Assembly (NCBI GenBank): GCA_964524175.1
Contig: CAZGCK010000003.1
Span: 1-22,836 of the forward strand
DNA length: 22,836 nucleotides
Source of the DNA: an uncultured Bacteriovoracaceae bacterium
Lineage (GTDB): Bacteria; Bdellovibrionota; UBA1018
Reading direction: 5' to 3'
Shown here: in pieces, positions 16,746 to 22,836 of the stretch
Layout: the number at the start of each line of letters is the position of its first letter
Numbering within the stretch: the first letter of the stretch is position 1
Position numbers and translations under genes: made by a program
The notes under the pieces: model-generated
Seen by the model: the letters and a program-made list of their open reading frames with translations, nothing else
What the model was told of the DNA's origin: nothing
Database searches by the model: none

Positions 16746-16789
16746 CCTGATGCGGAAGAGTCTGAAGAGAACTCAAAGGAGATCATTGA

Positions 16790-17272
16790 ATGAAGAAGTA
16801 TCTAGGGACATTGCTTTGGACCGCCGGTGTCCTCGTGTGCGTTATCTCCTTTGGAGCTTGTGGAAAAAAAGACGAAAAGAAGGCAGTTTCTGCGTCCTCC
16901 ACGGTCCATGTGCAGGAGCCCGTGATCGGCACAGCTCCCGGCGCTGGGACAGAGTTCAAGGAGAGTAGCTCGGAATCCTATCTCCTGATCTCTAACGGCT
17001 GCGAAACTGGCACTCATGTGTTCAAGAACGCGGACCGCGCAACCACGCTTAAACAGCTTTGCAGCGCATTGAAAGACGACGAACTCAACCAAGGATGTGC
17101 TCAGTGCATGCGTCGGGAGAAATTTAAGCTGCGCTGTGCGGATGTCGACTCTTGGGCAGAGACAGAATGGTCTAAGGAATACTGTTCAGACGGTGAAGAT
17201 GGCGGGGGTTCCGTGATTCCTCAGATCCTGCGGATTCCTCCGATTCCGACCTTTCCGCGGATCGATGATTAG
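16790..17272 (+). CDS. Cys-rich putative lipoprotein
   Basis: Strong RBS AAGGAG 8 nt upstream. Signal peptide with a lipobox-like …VISFGAC/GKK. The mature part has several Cys (CETGTH, QLC, GCAQC, LRC, YC). No known domain. Confidence 0.6.
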   Translation: MKKYLGTLLWTAGVLVCVISFGACGKKDEKKAVSASSTVHVQEPVIGTAPGAGTEFKESSSESYLLISNGCETGTHVFKNADRATTLKQLCSALKDDELNQGCAQCMRREKFKLRCADVDSWAETEWSKEYCSDGEDGGGSVIPQILRIPPIPTFPRIDD

Positions 17273-19275
17273 CGAGTATCGAGCAAGAGTTTCTTGCCCA
17301 TTTTATCGCTAGGCGGTTCCACGAGAGAGCGCGGGCGCTTGCCATTTCTGAGGGCCACAGGAGTGCGCGAATCGCAGGTTCCAAAGTCAGTCTTGGCACC
17401 GCCCCCTACGCGGATGGCTTTGGTGCGGCGTTTTTCGCGCTGATACTGCGCGAGGATCTCACGGTGCTCGGGCTTATGCGGCTGGAGGAGAGCTTGCTGG
17501 ATCTTGCGGTCCTTCCACTCCTTGGCGACATAGAGCGGCGCTTTGGTCATGGGGTCAATTCCGGTCCAATACATCGCGGTTGCGAGAGTCATCGGGGTTG
17601 GGATAAAGGCCTGCACTTGTTGAAGGCTCCAGTCTTTTTCACGCAGATAATCGTGAACCTTCTCCATCTTTTCGTGCGTGGTGCCTGGAAACCCAGAAAT
17701 AAAATAGGGCACTACATACTGCTCTTTGCCGGCTTCGCGCGAGACTTCTTCGAAGTAGCTCACAAACTCGTCAAAGTTCTTGAGTCCGGGTTTCTTCATG
17801 AGGTGAAGTACCTCGTCGTCTAGATGCTCGGGCGCTACCTTGAGGTGACCGCCCACGTGGTGGGTGATGAGGTCTTTCATGTACTGCTGGCCGGCCTTTT
17901 TGTCGGCGAGCGAGAGGTCGTAGCGGAGACCGGACGCGATCGTGATCTTCTTGATGCCAGGCAAAGCACGAGCCTTTTTTAGAAGCTCGACTTGCGGAGT
18001 GTGATCGGTGTGCAGGTGCGGGCAAACTTTAGGGTGCACGCACGAGAGTTTGCGGCATTTGCTCTGGATCTCCGTGCTTTTGCAGCGGAGCTTGTACATG
18101 TTGGCGGTAGGGCCACCAATGTCGGTGACCTGCCCCTTGAATCCAGGGACGTTGCTGAGATTCTTGAGCTCGCCCAGGAGGCTTTCTTCGGAGCGGGATT
18201 GGACGATGCGGCCCTGGTGCAAGGTGATGGCGCAGAAGGAGCATCCACCAAAGCAGCCGCGAGTGGAGGCCACGGAGAAGCGGATCATATCGGCGGCCGG
18301 GATTCTTGCTTTGTAAGAGGGGTGCTGTTCTTTGGTGAACGGCATCTCGTAGATTGAGTCAAGCTCCTCGGTCGAGAGCGGAAGCGCGGGAGGGTTGATT
18401 ACGACGGCTTTGTTGCCATGGTATTGAACGAGGCGTTTGCCGTTGTAGGGGCTAGCTTCGTATTCGATGAAGTAAGCGGCTTTAGCGAATTTTTTCTTGT
18501 CGTCGCGGACTTCTTCGAACGACGGCAGGGTGAGGCGGCCTTCGAGATTGCGAGCGTGCTCTTTGCTGGCCAGGAACCCGATACCGCGTTGGGTTTTGAG
18601 CTCGGTGAGGGCTTCCTGAGTGGCAGGGTGACTCAGGCTCACCGGGCCGCCGATGGCCGACTCCGCTCTCTTGAAGAGGTCAACCAGGGTGCGGGTGGTG
18701 CGCTCGCCCATTCCAAACACAAGAGCTTCGGCGTCGAGCTCGGTCATGACGGAGGGGCGGATCTTGTTTTGCCAGTAGTCGTAGTGGGCCAATCGGCGCA
18801 ATGAGGCTTCGACGCCACCGACGATCACCGGAGTGTCCGGAAACGCCTGGCGTGCAAGCTTTGAGTACACAACACTTGCATAATCGGGGCGGCGCCCGCC
18901 CTTGCCGCCTTCGGAGTACATGTCGTCGGAGCGGGTTTTGCGATTGGCAGTGTAGTTGTTGATCATGCTGTCGACAGTGCCCGAGGATACGCCGATAAAG
19001 AGCCTCGGTCGGCCCATGCGTTCGAAATCAATCGGAGAGTCCCAGCGGGGTTGGGCGACGATGCCGACTCTGAGGCCCAGGCGCTCGAGCCAGCGGCCCA
19101 AGCAGGGAATGCCAAACGTCGGGTGGTCTACGTACGCGTCACCACTGACTAAAAGGACGTCGAGCTCATTCCAGCCGCGCCATTGCATCTCCTCCCGATT
19201 TGTAGGGAGAAACTTGCGGCAAGCTTCGCGGTAAACGGTGGCGTTGGTAATTGGGGTTGGGGCCTTAGGCTGCAT
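17269..19275 (-). CDS. ygiQ: YgiQ-family (UPF0313) radical SAM protein
   Basis: 668 aa. The N-terminal region (WNELDVLLVSGDAYVDHPTFG) is collinear with E. coli YgiQ. The radical-SAM segment includes CFGGCSFC, and the C-terminal region is conserved. The 3' end overlaps the convergent lipoprotein gene by 4 bp. Confidence 0.85.
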   Translation of the reverse strand: MQPKAPTPITNATVYREACRKFLPTNREEMQWRGWNELDVLLVSGDAYVDHPTFGIPCLGRWLERLGLRVGIVAQPRWDSPIDFERMGRPRLFIGVSSGTVDSMINNYTANRKTRSDDMYSEGGKGGRRPDYASVVYSKLARQAFPDTPVIVGGVEASLRRLAHYDYWQNKIRPSVMTELDAEALVFGMGERTTRTLVDLFKRAESAIGGPVSLSHPATQEALTELKTQRGIGFLASKEHARNLEGRLTLPSFEEVRDDKKKFAKAAYFIEYEASPYNGKRLVQYHGNKAVVINPPALPLSTEELDSIYEMPFTKEQHPSYKARIPAADMIRFSVASTRGCFGGCSFCAITLHQGRIVQSRSEESLLGELKNLSNVPGFKGQVTDIGGPTANMYKLRCKSTEIQSKCRKLSCVHPKVCPHLHTDHTPQVELLKKARALPGIKKITIASGLRYDLSLADKKAGQQYMKDLITHHVGGHLKVAPEHLDDEVLHLMKKPGLKNFDEFVSYFEEVSREAGKEQYVVPYFISGFPGTTHEKMEKVHDYLREKDWSLQQVQAFIPTPMTLATAMYWTGIDPMTKAPLYVAKEWKDRKIQQALLQPHKPEHREILAQYQREKRRTKAIRVGGGAKTDFGTCDSRTPVALRNGKRPRSLVEPPSDKMGKKLLLDTR

Positions 19276-19346
19276 GAACCGCCACCCAGTAGCACTTTCT
19301 GACTGCGGAAGTCAACTGTTGGGGCTTTCGCTCGCCTGAGCAGGGC

Positions 19347-20315
19347 CTAAAACTCAGCGCAAGGCGAAAGGGTGCTAGGCTTAAAGCGCTCGATGTCTCC
19401 CGAGGCTGCGTGCAGCGCAAAAAGGGCGGCGGATTGCCTGATGGCTTCTCCAGTAGAGGCTGGCTCATTATCAAGCTCATGTTTAGCGCCCAGGCATTGA
19501 AGGCCCACATGGCGGGCTGAGTGAGGGCTCCGTTTACTGATGACCCAATCGCGGACAACTTGGGTATTGATGTAACGATCCTCTTTGGGATCTCCCAGCA
19601 TGGTTAAGACAGGAAGAGTCTTAGGGAGGTCAAGAAACAGAGCTTTGCCCGATTGGAGGATTAGCTGGCCAGAAAAAATGGGATGCTCAAAGGGGCTCTT
19701 AGGAGAAAGCTCTCCATTGTGTGGGGGCGAGGGGTTATGGGTGAGTGTCCGCAACGTCACTATGCCGCGCTCGCCTATTAGTACGGGAACTGAGATCGCT
19801 GGAGCAAAGAGAATGAGGCCTGAGAGTGACCTGCCTGGAATCGCTTCCCGGGATAGGTTCTGAACCATCCGTGTGGCAATGAGTCCTCCGGTTGACCAGC
19901 CCGCTAAAATCAGTGGGCGCTGAGCGTCTTCTCGGGTGAGCTTCTCGACCCTAGCGACCATCTTTCCGATTCGCTCAAAAATGAAGTAGTCGATGTTGCC
20001 TGCGCGACCTTCGTTTTCGCCGTGGGAGGGAAGGTCAAACGCGATCACGCGGAGGCCGGCCCGATTCCACTCATCAAACAGCGGGCCGTGATTGTCGAGC
20101 CGATCGCCGAATCCGTGAATGTAAAGCACATCGCCGATGACGGGGGTATTGGGCGTCTGCGTCCCGATGCGCATTTTAAACGAAAGGCTTCCTTCCGTGG
20201 GCATGGTGATGAACGAAGTCTGGAGGGTGCCTGCTTTGGATGGGGCTTCTGGTGCGTGCGCGAGGGCCAGAGTGGGAAGGAGCGAGGCGATCAGGGCAAG
20301 GGTCTGGGCTTTCAT
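19347..20315 (-). CDS. Secreted alpha/beta-hydrolase (lysophospholipase/esterase-like)
   Basis: Signal peptide MKAQTLALIASLLPTLALA/HAP. HGFGD oxyanion motif. Nucleophile elbow GWSTGG. A C-terminal His region. It lies 70 bp upstream of ygiQ on the same strand. Confidence 0.75.
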   Translation of the reverse strand: MKAQTLALIASLLPTLALAHAPEAPSKAGTLQTSFITMPTEGSLSFKMRIGTQTPNTPVIGDVLYIHGFGDRLDNHGPLFDEWNRAGLRVIAFDLPSHGENEGRAGNIDYFIFERIGKMVARVEKLTREDAQRPLILAGWSTGGLIATRMVQNLSREAIPGRSLSGLILFAPAISVPVLIGERGIVTLRTLTHNPSPPHNGELSPKSPFEHPIFSGQLILQSGKALFLDLPKTLPVLTMLGDPKEDRYINTQVVRDWVISKRSPHSARHVGLQCLGAKHELDNEPASTGEAIRQSAALFALHAASGDIERFKPSTLSPCAEF

Positions 20316-20365
20316 GGGGGCTGTTCTATGGGAAGGTGACTATATGTGTCAAATTTAAAAACTTT

Positions 20366-20392
20366 GTGCGCATTGGAAGAAGTAGTGCGCAC
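20366..20392 (-). terminator. Hairpin GTGCGCA-N13-TGCGCAC between the SNF2 gene stop and the hydrolase start, flanked by A- and T-runs. Candidate terminator or operator.
   Basis: Seen directly. The right arm, GTGCGCAC, is itself an 8-bp palindrome. aaatttaaaaa lies upstream and tattttt downstream. Confidence 0.3.
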
Positions 20393-20416
20393 TTGTCAGA
20401 TATTTTTAAATTAATT

Positions 20417-22836
<2,420 letters not shown>

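Noticed and set aside
16072-16789. A known structured RNA (RNase P RNA, tmRNA, SRP RNA, 6S) in the gene-free stretch
   Set aside because: I searched by eye for their signature blocks (e.g. AGGAAAGTCC, tmRNA tag/tRNA-like end, SRP GNAR tetraloop helix) and found none. Only covariance-model scanning could settle it, so this is recorded as unresolved in the findings rather than as a feature.
17464-18804. Several 90–130-aa ORFs on both strands inside ygiQ
   Set aside because: These are Arg/Pro/Ala-rich shadow frames of a high-GC, well-conserved radical-SAM gene.

Overview
This is a 22.8-kb chromosomal segment from a moderately GC-rich bacterium, probably Gram-negative given the signal peptides, lipobox and gene content. 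I can support about 25 protein-coding genes on both strands. No rRNA, tRNA, CRISPR array, integrase, transposase or phage structural genes were recognisable by eye. Housekeeping genes (arfB, an FKBP-type SlyD-like PPIase, gluQ, panD, mnmA, msrB, ygiQ) alternate with small regulators (HxlR, LysR), secreted or lipid-anchored hydrolases and several genes of unknown function. The least conventional parts are: (i) 2373..6635, which holds a pseudo-receiver/degenerate HD-GYP protein, a metallophosphoesterase with transmembrane helices inserted inside its catalytic domain, and a membrane-segment ORF followed in a different frame by a PP2C (SpoIIE/RsbU-type) phosphatase, with a shared TGACT-repeat element upstream of two of the genes; (ii) two unusually long gene-free stretches, 9558..10034 and 16072..16789, which contain hairpins, a promoter-like element and small ORFs with good translation signals; (iii) a large SNF2-family helicase at the right edge, truncated by the window, with a long non-helicase N-terminal region. 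All calls rest on motif-level reading of the translations and visual inspection of the DNA. No database search or folding computation was possible.
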